DNA of 64,000 bases from Candidatus Marinacidobacterales bacterium (GTDB lineage Bacteria; Acidobacteriota; Vicinamibacteria; Marinacidobacterales; DATDRI01). Shown here piece after piece: positions 1 to 9,342 of this stretch; within the stretch, counting starts at the first letter, position 1; every line of letters starts with the position of its first letter. Below the pieces are notes generated by a model. That model saw only the letters and a list, made by a program, of their open reading frames with translations. It did not search any database and was not told where the DNA came from. A program made the position numbers and the translations under genes. The stretch spans positions 6,240,001 through 6,304,000 of the forward strand of contig OZ245365.1 of assembly GCA_965226495.1 (NCBI GenBank). Direction: 5' to 3'.

Positions 1-89
1 GTCGGGACGATCGTGGAATTCCAGCTACGCGGACAGTTCAATCCACACGTCTATGCTTGTTTCGCCAATAGAAGCTAGAATCCTCGATC

Positions 90-165
90 ATGAGGATGCC
101 GATGCAGCCCTTGACATTGTTGGTGGTCGCCATCGCTGGTTGGATCCAGCGTGACCAACAGGCCG
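90..165 (+). pseudogene. N-terminal fragment of integrase-core IS transposase
   Basis: MRMPMQPLTLLVVAIAGWIQRDQQAA resembles the N-terminus FLLLVVAGWVNRQQQD at 32171; cut off by a MITE end. Confidence 0.55.
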
Positions 166-204
166 CTTAGCGTCATCTCACCAACACTTGATGGCGGAAG
201 CACC
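166..204 (-). mobile_element. Partial end of IS1-type MITE
   Basis: Reverse complement of GGTGCTTCCGCCATCAAGTGTTGGTGAGATGACGCTAAG, as at 2138 and 2808. Confidence 0.8.
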
Positions 205-219
205 ACACGACCTGGCACC

Positions 220-894
220 TTATTTCTTGCGTCCGACTAGAAGAGTATTCGGGGGTTCCCGCCAGGCACATTCAGCGTTAAATCCGGCTTCGCGCATGGC
301 GGTAAGCTCGTCGTCGAGCGGGAAGTAGGTGTCTTCGGACGCCCACTCGTCGAAGTGCTCATAAGCGCGCCGTTCGTCTATGCCGCACGAAACCAAGTGG
401 CCAGCCCATATGCGGTAGCACTGCTCCTGCCTCACCGGGTGTGCGCTCATGGTCACGTCGGCATTCACGAACACCCCGCCAGGGCGAAGCGTCCGGAAAA
501 TGCCCTTGTACAGTGCACGCTTGCGTTCCATCGTGGGAACGTGGTGCAGGGCCAGGCAAGCGGACACGGCGTCACATTCCGGGAGCGGAGATTCGAAGGA
601 ACACTTCTGGAAACGCGCGCGGGCTCCGAATCGCTTGAGTCGGATACGTGCCCGGTCCAGCATCTCCGCATCCACGTCGATGGCCTCGACGACACCCACG
701 CCTTCATGTTCCAGCATCGCCTCTGCCAGAGCCCCCGTTCCCGCACCGAGGTCTAGCACTAGGGTGGGCCGGATGCCGGCGATTTCGCGGGCAGCCCAGG
801 TCAATCCTTCCTCGTAGCCCGGGATAAACTGGCGAATGGTCTCGTCGTAGGAATCGATCTCGAGGCGAAGGTGGTTGCGAACGGAATGACTCAT
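220..894 (-). CDS. Class I SAM-dependent methyltransferase
   Basis: 224 aa, motif I VLDLGAGTG and LRPGGVF. Confidence 0.9.
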   Translation of the reverse strand: MSHSVRNHLRLEIDSYDETIRQFIPGYEEGLTWAAREIAGIRPTLVLDLGAGTGALAEAMLEHEGVGVVEAIDVDAEMLDRARIRLKRFGARARFQKCSFESPLPECDAVSACLALHHVPTMERKRALYKGIFRTLRPGGVFVNADVTMSAHPVRQEQCYRIWAGHLVSCGIDERRAYEHFDEWASEDTYFPLDDELTAMREAGFNAECAWREPPNTLLVGRKK

Positions 895-933
895 AACTTG
901 ACGGCCACAAGTTCAAATCCTATCCTCCCGACC
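890..933 (+). pseudogene. Degenerate 3' half of tRNA-Met (att-like relic)
   Basis: CTCATAA loop, then 5+5 nt, ACAAG-TTCAAAT-CCTAT T-arm, 7-nt acceptor strand and ACC; canonical spacing but no 5' half. Confidence 0.55.
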
Positions 934-977
934 CCGCTTTTCAAAACCTCTGGGAAGAACCTACGGAGTTTCGCAGG

Positions 978-1124
978 TGTGCCTTCTATTTATTCATCCG
1001 CCAGCCCATGGGTCGGAAGTCAGCCCTGCGGCGCGAAATACCCTGGATTCTGCGCGGATTCCAAGGGCGTCTAAGCTGCTGATTTGTGGTCTATTTCTAA
1101 AGGGCCGAGTTTTGGCACAGGACG
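978..1124. mobile_element. Cluster of IS ends: TGTGCCTTCTATTTATTCATCCG end plus a reverse-oriented CGTCCTGTGCC TIR
   Basis: Both motifs recur elsewhere in the window (12613, 25692, 48541; 2048, 32043 and others). Confidence 0.8.
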
Positions 1125-1532
1125 GGATTATCGTGTGCGCGGTGTGCTCCGGTGAAAGAAACGGCGGTGGCTCGTCTGTCTCGCTAGGTGAGTTGAGGGG
1201 GGTGCTGAATTGAAATTGAAATATCCGACCATCCGAAACGGTTGTCCGTGCCCTTGCCATGCTGACAAGCTGGCGTGGTGTGGGCGATGCCTTGACCGCC
1301 ATCGACCGACTAAGGGTAAAGACGAGGGAGACGAGTCCGGGTTCGTCGATACCTCCACGGTGATAGGTGCAGGTGTTCCGGTGGCAAGGCGCGATCTAAG
1401 GAGATCATCGTCTCCCACGAAAACAGGCTTGCACATTCGCCGTCTAAAAGCTCTGTAAAGGTCCGCCCTTGCCATACCCCTCTGGCGGCTCACGGACCGC
1501 TTAGCAAAATCAAATATAACAAAGGCTTACGG

Positions 1533-2033
1533 GTGGAAAATCTCATGGCTAAAATGACCAATTGGTTGCGGAAGGCGATCGAATCGTCGAAAGTTCAACC
1601 TCTTGAAGTCCGGGAGGACGTGGCCATGGTCCATATCAATGCGAGCGCCGGCTATGCCCAGGTTGAAAGCTATCGCGATTCCAACTCCGCGTTGATTGAG
1701 CGCCTGCGACCACGAACGCGGCTGGCGATTGATTCCGCGAAGCTGGTCGAGATTGGTCCTGACGTTTGGCTTCGAGCGCACACCGTCCAAGAGAAAGGTG
1801 GCTCCGTGTTCAATTTTCAGATATGGCTAGCGCCCACGTCCGAGGATACGGCTCACATTGCGGCCGGCGTTTTCTTCAGTCGGCCAAGTCCGATTTGCTC
1901 CGGGCGATTTACTAACGTGAAGGATCTCGATCGGGATTACGCGCTCGGGTGGGAGTCGGCCGTCGCTTGGAGCTTTTTGGTTTGGAGCGATACACCCCTG
2001 TACTTCAACGATCCTGGCATGGTGAAAAACTAA
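1533..2033 (+). CDS. Hypothetical protein
   Basis: 166-aa ORF with plausible composition; no family recognised. Confidence 0.55.
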   Translation: MENLMAKMTNWLRKAIESSKVQPLEVREDVAMVHINASAGYAQVESYRDSNSALIERLRPRTRLAIDSAKLVEIGPDVWLRAHTVQEKGGSVFNFQIWLAPTSEDTAHIAAGVFFSRPSPICSGRFTNVKDLDRDYALGWESAVAWSFLVWSDTPLYFNDPGMVKN

Positions 2034-2047
2034 GGTGCCTGCTACCC

Positions 2048-2137
2048 CGTCCTGTGCCAAAACTCGGCCCTTTTGAAGTAGACCACAAATCAGCAGCTCA
2101 GTGCCTGTGTTTGCGACCGGACCAAAGGCCGTAGGCT
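2048..2137 (+). mobile_element. Solo TIR of long-TIR integrase-core IS
   Basis: Matches the TIR at 32043. Confidence 0.85.
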
Positions 2138-2303
2138 GGTGCTTCCGCCATCGAGTGTTGGTGAGATGACGCTAAGACTTTACGGTGCATTAAGTTACAG
2201 CCAAAATAGCGCTCGTGACCTTCGCTGCGCGCTAAATAGAGCGTAAGCGCCTTTTTTGCAAAGGGATGTGTACACATCACCAACAGTAAACAGCGCAAGC
2301 ACC
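2138..2303 (+). mobile_element. 166-bp IS1-derived MITE, copy 1
   Basis: GGTGCTT...AAGCACC imperfect TIRs shared with the IS1 at 27962-29161; near-identical to 2808-2973. Confidence 0.85.
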
Positions 2304-2358
2304 GATCAAGGCGGAATCAACGACGGATCGAGTTTTTGCAGCGCACAGGCGTTGGCGC

Positions 2359-2628
2359 ATGAATCACGTTCGTGCTGTGGTAAACTCCGGTCCGTTGATG
2401 CTACTGATTGCCAGTCTGATCGATGCCTACTCAGTCATCGTGTTCGTCGCGGCGATCCTCAGCTGGCTTCATCTCCCGCCGAGCGTCCAGGTGGTTCGCA
2501 TCGCCAGGATGTTGACCGAGCCGGCTCTGGCGCCGATTCGCAGGCTGGTGCCACCGAAGGGGAGGATCGACTTCTCGCCGTTGATTCTGCTGGTCCTCCT
2601 TCAGGTTCTGGGCCTCGCGTTGGTCTAA
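2359..2628 (+). CDS. yggT: YggT family membrane protein
   Basis: ILSW...LTEPALAPIRRLVPP..IDFSP signature. Confidence 0.9.
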   Translation: MNHVRAVVNSGPLMLLIASLIDAYSVIVFVAAILSWLHLPPSVQVVRIARMLTEPALAPIRRLVPPKGRIDFSPLILLVLLQVLGLALV

Positions 2629-2650
2629 GGGACAACGGGGTAAAATTAGT

Positions 2651-2800
2651 GACTCCTTCGGGGATGGTGGAAACCCCTCGCCTTTAGGCGAAGAAAAGAT
2701 TGTCGAAGTCCCCGAAGGGGACGAGACTCCCCCGACTGAAGTCGGGGGGTTGAGAATGAAGCGGGCGCATGAAGTCGACTTCCAGTCGACGCGCCCGCGC
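2651..2800. repeat. REP-like / IS200-IS605-end hairpin cluster
   Basis: CCCCCGACTGAAGTCGGGGG hairpin, GAAACCCCTCGCCTTTAGGCGA, the inverted pair CCTTCGGGGA/TCCCCGAAGG, and GCGGGCGC..GTCGAC..GTCGAC.GCGCCCGC. Confidence 0.6.
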
Positions 2801-2807
2801 AATCCAC

Positions 2808-2973
2808 GGTGCTTCCGCCATTAAGTGTTGGTGAGATGACGCTAAGACTTTACGGCGCATTAAATTACAGCCAAAATAGCGCTCGTGACCTTCGCTGCGC
2901 GCTAAATGGAGCGTAAGCGCCTTTTTTGCAAAGGGATGCGCACACATTATCAACAGCAAACAGCGCAAGCACC
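2808..2973 (+). mobile_element. 166-bp IS1-derived MITE, copy 2
   Basis: Direct repeat of 2138-2303. Confidence 0.85.
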
Positions 2974-5900
2974 GCATATCCAGAAACGGTGCCTGTCCCT
3001 CGGATCCCGCGGTCAGCGTCTAGTCGCCTTCGCCGTCACGCTGTCGGCGCTGCTGTCCGGCATCGCGGCGCCGCGGGTACACGCCCAGACCACCTGGGGA
3101 GTGGAGGTGTCGCCGACCACGCTGAGCATCGACGAGGGCGAATCTCTCACCTACCGCCTGAGACTGACTGAGCCACCCCTCGCCGACGGATGGTGGGTCG
3201 TGCTGCGCGTCAACGGCTCGATACGCTACGACGGCCACTATAGAGGAATCAGTTGGGTGCCGTCGGTCGGCTGGGAGTTCAATCGGGACAACTGGGACAC
3301 TTGGCGGGAGGTCAGGGTAACGGCGCTTCAGGACGAAGATGGATTGGATGGGTCGGTGACCTTCACCCACGACGTTTGGGATGAGAATGCCGATTGCCCG
3401 GTGAAGGGTGAGAGCCCGGTGACGGTGCGGGTCATCGACGACGACGATGACCGGGGCAGCAGCCTGCCCACCCTGTCCATCGCGGACGCGGCGGTGGCCG
3501 AAGGGGGCACGGCCGAGTTCGTCGTGACGTTGACACCGGCCAGCACCGAGACGGTGACGGTGAACTTCGAGACGGCGGACGGGACGGCCAAGGCAGGCTC
3601 GGACTACACGCAGACGTCGGCAACGCTGACCTTCACGGCGGGGCAACCGACGAAGACGATCTCGGTGTCGACGGTGGACGACGATGCCCAGGAGTCGGAC
3701 GAACGCTTCACGGTGACCCTGCGCAACCCGGACGGGGCCACGCTGGACGACCACACCGGGGAGGGGACGATCAGGGACAACGACGACGACGACGGTGGCG
3801 GCAGAACTCCGGAGCTGTCGATCGGGGACGCGGCGGTGCAAGAGGGGGGCACGGCCCAGTTCGAGGTGACGTTGAGACCGGCCAGCGAGCAGACGGTGAC
3901 GGTGAACTTCGACCAAGGCGGGCTCGGACTACACAGAGACATCGGGGACGCTGACGGGCTTCACAGCGGGGCAGCGGGGCAACCAACGAAGACGATCTCG
4001 GTGTCGACGGTGGATGACGACGCCCAGGAGTCGGACGAACGCTTCATGGTGACCCTGCGCAACCCGGACGGGGCCACGCTGGACGACCACACCGGGGAGG
4101 GAACGATCAGGGATAACGACGACGGCGGGGGCGGTAGCCTCCCGACCCTGTCCGTCGGCGACGCCGCAGTGGTCGAGGGAGACACGGCCACGTTCCGGGT
4201 GACGTTGAGCGCGGCGAGCGAGAACGTGGTGACCGTATCGTACAAGACGAAGGACGGAACGGCGGTTGCAGGCTCGGACTACACGGCGATGGCGGGGACG
4301 CTGCGTTTCGAGCCGGGCGACACGACGAAGACGATCCGGGTACCGACCGTGGACGACGACACGCCGGAGGAGACCGAAGCCTTCACCGTGGAATTGAGCG
4401 CCCCGTCGGGGGCGACGGTGGCCGACGGAACCGGGACGGGGACGATCAGCGACGACGACGGCGGGAGCCGCAGCCTCCCGACCCTGTCCATCGGCGACGC
4501 CGCGCCGGTGCCCGAAGGGCGCACGGCCAAGTTCAGGGTGACGTTGCGCAGAGAGAGCGGCGAGCCGGTGACGGTGGCTTACCGCACGGTCGACGGGACG
4601 GCGGTTGCGGGCTCGGACTACACGACGACATCGGGAACGCTGCGCTTCGAGCCGGGGGAAACGACCCGGGCGGTTGCCGTGGCGACGCTGATTGACCAGC
4701 TGATGGAGGGCGCCGAGCAGTTTACGGTGGAATTGAGCGACCCGGTGGGGACGACGTTGGCGGACGACACAGGGGTGGGAACGATCACCGACGACGTGGA
4801 GCGCCGCATCGGGCTGGTTAACCAGACCGTCCTTCCGGAGATAGGGCGGACGCTGGCTTTCAGCGCTGTCAGGTGTCGCAGCGATCAGGCGTTCTCGGAC
4901 GCCGCCCAGGGCAGGGCGGAGGAGCCGGTTGGCCGTCTGTCGCTATCTCTCGCGCCGACCTCCGACGGGTGGGCCGCGGCGGGCACCGAGCCGCTGACCC
5001 TGGAGCAGGCGCTCGGCGATTCGTCGTTCCTGATGCCGTCGAAGGAGGAAGAGGGCGGGGCGGGACGTTTCGCGGCGTGGGGCTGCGGCGACTACCGCAA
5101 CCTGGCGGGCGGCGGCGAGGACGGCGTGGTCGCTTGGAACGGCGAGGTGTTCAGCGTGCACCTCGGGGCCGATGTGCGGCTTGGTTCCGACGTGCTGGCG
5201 GGGCTGTCCGTATCCCGGTCGAGGGGTTCGTTCGACTACTACGCGGGCGGCAGAGACGCCGGGGGCGGCGCGTACGAGCTGCAGCTGACGGGCGTCCATC
5301 CCTACCTGGGCTGGTCGGTGTCGTCCGACCTGGACGTGTGGGGAACGGTCGGTCACTCCTGGGGAGAAATCCGGATCGTGGACGACCTCGCCGGGGATCC
5401 CCGGACGAGCGAGGCGATGCTGGACTCTGGAGCGGTAGGCGTCAGCGGTCGGCTCCTGGCGCGCGGGACGACGAGTGTGAAGCTGAAGGGAGAGGGGGCG
5501 CTGGCGCGGCTCGACGTCGCGGGCGACGGGGAGACGTTCGGGGCGGTGACGGTCGACATGCGGCGGCTGCGGCTGAGCACCGAGGCCAGCCATGAGCACG
5601 TGTTCTCCTCCGGCGGGTCGCTCACCCCGTGGGGAGAGCTGGGTGTGCGCCATGACGGCGGCGACGGAGAGACCGGCGCCGGCCTGGAAGTCGGCGGCGG
5701 CCTGCGCTACCAGAATCCGGAGGCGGGGTGGACCACCGAGGGCTACGGCCGCTGGCTGGCGGTGCATGAAGGCACGATACGGGAATGGGGCTTCGGCGCG
5801 CTGCTCCGCTTCGCTCCTGGAGCGTCCGGCCACGGCCCGTCGGTGAGCCTGATGCCGGCATGGGGCAAGACCACGAGCGGCGTGCAGCGCCTCTGGGAGC

Positions 5901-6169
5901 GCGGTGCCACCGACCCGACCGTGCCCAGCGCCTTGGGCACGCGCCTGGATGCGCAGTTCGGCTACGGGTTCGCGGCGTTTCGGGAGCGGGGCGTGCTGGC
6001 TCCCTTCGGAGCCGTGAGCCTGGTCCGCGAGGAAGGACGGAGCTACCGGCTGGGCGGACGGCTGGCGGTGGGCCACTCGGCCACCGTGAGCCTGGAGGCC
6101 GAACGCCGGGAGCGCCCCGCCGCGTCGGTGGTCTACGCGGTCATGGTGCGCGGCGACGTGCAGTTCTAG
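2906..6169 (+). CDS. Calx-beta repeat autotransporter / adhesin
   Basis: Signal peptide ending VHA-Q, four Calx-beta repeats (DGTA.AGSDY, G.GTI.DND), C-terminal beta-barrel ending VQF; the ORF start lies inside the MITE. Confidence 0.9.
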   Translation: MERKRLFCKGMRTHYQQQTAQAPHIQKRCLSLGSRGQRLVAFAVTLSALLSGIAAPRVHAQTTWGVEVSPTTLSIDEGESLTYRLRLTEPPLADGWWVVLRVNGSIRYDGHYRGISWVPSVGWEFNRDNWDTWREVRVTALQDEDGLDGSVTFTHDVWDENADCPVKGESPVTVRVIDDDDDRGSSLPTLSIADAAVAEGGTAEFVVTLTPASTETVTVNFETADGTAKAGSDYTQTSATLTFTAGQPTKTISVSTVDDDAQESDERFTVTLRNPDGATLDDHTGEGTIRDNDDDDGGGRTPELSIGDAAVQEGGTAQFEVTLRPASEQTVTVNFDQGGLGLHRDIGDADGLHSGAAGQPTKTISVSTVDDDAQESDERFMVTLRNPDGATLDDHTGEGTIRDNDDGGGGSLPTLSVGDAAVVEGDTATFRVTLSAASENVVTVSYKTKDGTAVAGSDYTAMAGTLRFEPGDTTKTIRVPTVDDDTPEETEAFTVELSAPSGATVADGTGTGTISDDDGGSRSLPTLSIGDAAPVPEGRTAKFRVTLRRESGEPVTVAYRTVDGTAVAGSDYTTTSGTLRFEPGETTRAVAVATLIDQLMEGAEQFTVELSDPVGTTLADDTGVGTITDDVERRIGLVNQTVLPEIGRTLAFSAVRCRSDQAFSDAAQGRAEEPVGRLSLSLAPTSDGWAAAGTEPLTLEQALGDSSFLMPSKEEEGGAGRFAAWGCGDYRNLAGGGEDGVVAWNGEVFSVHLGADVRLGSDVLAGLSVSRSRGSFDYYAGGRDAGGGAYELQLTGVHPYLGWSVSSDLDVWGTVGHSWGEIRIVDDLAGDPRTSEAMLDSGAVGVSGRLLARGTTSVKLKGEGALARLDVAGDGETFGAVTVDMRRLRLSTEASHEHVFSSGGSLTPWGELGVRHDGGDGETGAGLEVGGGLRYQNPEAGWTTEGYGRWLAVHEGTIREWGFGALLRFAPGASGHGPSVSLMPAWGKTTSGVQRLWERGATDPTVPSALGTRLDAQFGYGFAAFRERGVLAPFGAVSLVREEGRSYRLGGRLAVGHSATVSLEAERRERPAASVVYAVMVRGDVQF

Positions 6170-6212
6170 CAGCACGCGACGCGCAGGCGCACCGTGCGTC
6201 CCCGTTCTGTGC

Positions 6213-6317
6213 GGTGCTTCCGCCATCAAGTGTTGCTACGCGGCTGCGGGCAGTGGTTCAGGTGCGGAAGAGACCGGGTTGCGCGCCCCAGTGAGCAGGA
6301 AAACCTCGATCCGCGAC
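6213..6317 (-). mobile_element. IS1 family end fragment
   Basis: Matches 27962-28066; cut by IS5. Confidence 0.85.
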
Positions 6318-7402
6318 GGCGTTGTTGCACCGCTCTGGCTGAGAGCGAAATCCGCCTATGGTGGTGGCCGAGGTATGTTCGAGCATGAAGTATCCCAAGC
6401 GCTGCCAGTACAAGCACGCGAAGCAGAAGAAGTACCACGTTCGCAACTGGGCGGAATACAACGAAGGGCTGCGCCGCCGGGGCGATTTGACAGTCTGGTT
6501 TGACGAGGAGGCAATCGCGAACTGGAAGGCCGACAAGACCGGTAAGCCTGGCGGTCAACGGGTCTATTCAGACATGGCGATTGAAACGGGCCTGGTTGTC
6601 CGGATGGTGTACAAGCTCGCCTACCGACAAACCGAAGGCTTCTTGCACTCGATCGCCTCGCTTCTCGGGCTCGGTATCGAGATCCCGGACTACTCGACGT
6701 TGTGTCGGCGCTCGAGGTTGCTCCGCAAGAAGCTGCGGATTCCGAAAGCCGCGAGCACTCAACCCATCCACCTGATGATCGATAGCACGGGCTTGAGGAT
6801 TCATGTTGGAAACGCTCGCAAACCGCCAAAGCAGCGCGCATGGCGCAAGTTGCACATCGCCGTTGATCGCGAGACAGGGAACATTGTTGCGTCCGAACTG
6901 ACGGCGTCACGAGCTCGCGACGCAACCCGAGTCCCCGCTTTGCTAACACAGATTCAAGCACCTCTAGTGTCGGTGGCAGCGGACAGTGCATACGACAAGG
7001 AAGCGGTCTACGAAGCCATCGAAGCGCACAGTCCTGGACGAAGGACGCGCGTGGTGATTCCGCCGCAACGAAACGCGACGCTCAGTCAGAATTCGAACAC
7101 CGCCATGCAGGAGCGCGATCGCCATATTCGTGCAATCGAAAGACACGGCCGACGTGAATGGTACAAGCTCTCAGGCTACACCAAGCGAAGCATGGTGGAG
7201 AACGCGGTCTATCGTTACAAGGCGATCATCGGGCCGGAGATGCGGGCTCGAACGTTGGCGAGGCAACGAGTTGAACACCGAATTGGGTGCGAGATACTCA
7301 ACAAGATGGCTGCGCTCGGGATGCCCGATACGTACTGCGCCGGGTGACTCTGCAACCGGCACAGGGAGGTCAGCGATTTGCTCCGGGCCGTGCAACAACG
7401 CC
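6318..7402 (+). mobile_element. IS5 family (IS903 group) element, copy 1
   Basis: TIRs GGCGTTGTTGCAC / GTGCAACAACGCC. Confidence 0.93.
6358..7347 (+). CDS. IS5 family transposase
   Basis: NWAEYNEGLRRRGDLTVW, IDSTG, WRKLH, ADSAYD, Y..RS.VE motifs; likely start at ATG 6385. Confidence 0.95.
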   Translation: MVVAEVCSSMKYPKRCQYKHAKQKKYHVRNWAEYNEGLRRRGDLTVWFDEEAIANWKADKTGKPGGQRVYSDMAIETGLVVRMVYKLAYRQTEGFLHSIASLLGLGIEIPDYSTLCRRSRLLRKKLRIPKAASTQPIHLMIDSTGLRIHVGNARKPPKQRAWRKLHIAVDRETGNIVASELTASRARDATRVPALLTQIQAPLVSVAADSAYDKEAVYEAIEAHSPGRRTRVVIPPQRNATLSQNSNTAMQERDRHIRAIERHGRREWYKLSGYTKRSMVENAVYRYKAIIGPEMRARTLARQRVEHRIGCEILNKMAALGMPDTYCAG

Positions 7403-7855
7403 TCGCTGAATCGCCGGCTAGCTTCATCAAGGTCTATGAACAAATCAAGAAGAACGCTCCGGGAGGCTCGGGCGGTGGCACGGCTCACGAGACCGGGCAT
7501 ATCCAGCGCCAACTCGAACTGAAGGAAGCCGAGTAGGGGATCTATGCGCACATCGCCGCCGCCTCCGGACCGGGCAAGCCTGCAGAGCTGGTCGCCGACG
7601 AAATCGTCGATGCGGTCACCCGCGCAAGCGCCGTGCTCCAGGAAGAACAACGGGAGGCCCCGCTCGCAGAGGCTCTCGAACTCGTCCTGGAGGATGATGG
7701 TGGCGCACTTGACCGTAGCGGTGCGGCGGCTCGGGCTCCCGAGCTGGCTGACGAGGGAGGGTTTGCTAACTCCGGTAGAGATGGGGTTAAAAATGTGGGA
7801 ATGGAACAACATTAATATATCCAACCTTTTTGTTATCAGTAGTTTACAGTATTTA

Positions 7856-7952
<97 letters not shown>

Positions 7953-7994
7953 GCTTGAGGGACGCCCGAGCCTCGGCAGGCAGTTCATACTACA

Positions 7995-9278
7995 ATGCCC
8001 AACTCAAAAAACAAACCACCGAGACACCTAGAACAACTCGGCGGTGAAAAAAGGGTGATTGATTTGCTGCCGAGATTGCGGGGTGACATCGATGTCATGC
8101 CGTCCCCGCTTCCCGAGCAACCAGGGCTCTTGTTGCGAGACCCGTTCCTCTACACCGAGCACATCCTCGTGATCCCTCCGACGTGGGTCGTCGTGCTTCA
8201 ATGCCTCGACGGAGCACACTCGACCCTCGATGCCCAAGTGATCCTCACCCGTCTTGCCGGGGGCCAAATCGTCGCCCGCGAGGAAGTGGAGCAGTTCGTC
8301 TCGGTTTTGAACGAGGCCGGCTACATCGAGGGCGATGAGCTGGACGAGCTGAAAGAGCGCCGCCACGAAGAGTTCCGGCTCGCTCCCATGCGAGAAGCGA
8401 CTCACGCTGGCTCGGCCTATCCCGCGGAGCGCGATGACATCGATACCCTGTTCTCGAAACGACTTTCGAAAGCTCAGGATTCGGATGCAACCTGGCCGCT
8501 CGCGCTGGCTGCGCCCCACGTCTCGCCGCAAGGCGGGTTCGCATCCTACCAGGCGGCGTACCAGCTCCCACCGGTCGCGGAGGAGACCACGTTCGTCGTC
8601 TTGGGGACGTCACACTACGGAGCGCCCGAGCGCTTCGGCACGAGCACGAAGCCGTTTCGCACTCCTCTCGGGACCGCGGAGGTCGACCGGAAGGCTCTTG
8701 CCGACTTCGTGGCGTTCGCGGGAGGCGCGGTTGTCGAAGAAGACTATTGCCATCGCGCCGAGCATTCGATCGAGCTGCAAGTTCTCTTTCTTCAATACCA
8801 GCTCGCACACCCGATTCGTATCCTCCCGATCCTTTGCGGCCCTTTTCTCGACAGCTTGAAGACGGGCAAGCCGCCGGAGAGCATTGACTCAAACCGTCGC
8901 GTGTTCGATGCGCTGGCCGAGCTCCACGCGAAGCGAAATAACCTCGTCTGGGTTCTCGGCGTCGACATGGCCCACATCGGGACCCGCTACGGCCACGGCG
9001 AGGCCGCGCGCGCGGGAGAGGGCGTGATGGAGGAGGTTTCCGAAAAAGACCAACGCCGACTCGAGCGCATCTGTGAGGGCGACGCGGAGGGATTCTTCGA
9101 CCTCGTGCATCCGGGCGGCGACGAGCTCAACTGGTGCGGCTACGCGCCGATCTACGCGTTTCTAAGATCGGTCGGCGCGGCCGTGAAGCTGAGGGGCGAA
9201 GTCCGCTCGTACGAACAGTGGAACATTGACGATAGCTCCGTGGTCACGTTTGGGGCGGTGCATTTTGTTGAGCGCTGA
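7995..9278 (+). CDS. amrB: AmmeMemoRadiSam system protein B (MEMO1 family)
   Basis: HAGSAYP, APH, GTSH, HRAEHSIELQ, DMAH and CG motifs; likely start at GTG 8055. Confidence 0.9.
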   Translation: MPNSKNKPPRHLEQLGGEKRVIDLLPRLRGDIDVMPSPLPEQPGLLLRDPFLYTEHILVIPPTWVVVLQCLDGAHSTLDAQVILTRLAGGQIVAREEVEQFVSVLNEAGYIEGDELDELKERRHEEFRLAPMREATHAGSAYPAERDDIDTLFSKRLSKAQDSDATWPLALAAPHVSPQGGFASYQAAYQLPPVAEETTFVVLGTSHYGAPERFGTSTKPFRTPLGTAEVDRKALADFVAFAGGAVVEEDYCHRAEHSIELQVLFLQYQLAHPIRILPILCGPFLDSLKTGKPPESIDSNRRVFDALAELHAKRNNLVWVLGVDMAHIGTRYGHGEAARAGEGVMEEVSEKDQRRLERICEGDAEGFFDLVHPGGDELNWCGYAPIYAFLRSVGAAVKLRGEVRSYEQWNIDDSSVVTFGAVHFVER

Positions 9279-9342
9279 CGAGCCGAGCTCGCCATCGGTC
9301 ATCAACATCGCCGTGGTGGGTCCTGCGCGATCCGTCTCTGCT

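Noticed and set aside
4943-6229. Long antisense or alternative-frame ORFs (also 18561-19937, 30030-31067, 38631-39818, 62180-63328)
   Set aside because: GC-rich shadow ORFs overlapping well-supported genes.
7403-7790. Possible integrase remnant beside the tRNA
   Set aside because: No tyrosine recombinase motifs are recognisable; only an unassignable coding-like scrap with a stop.
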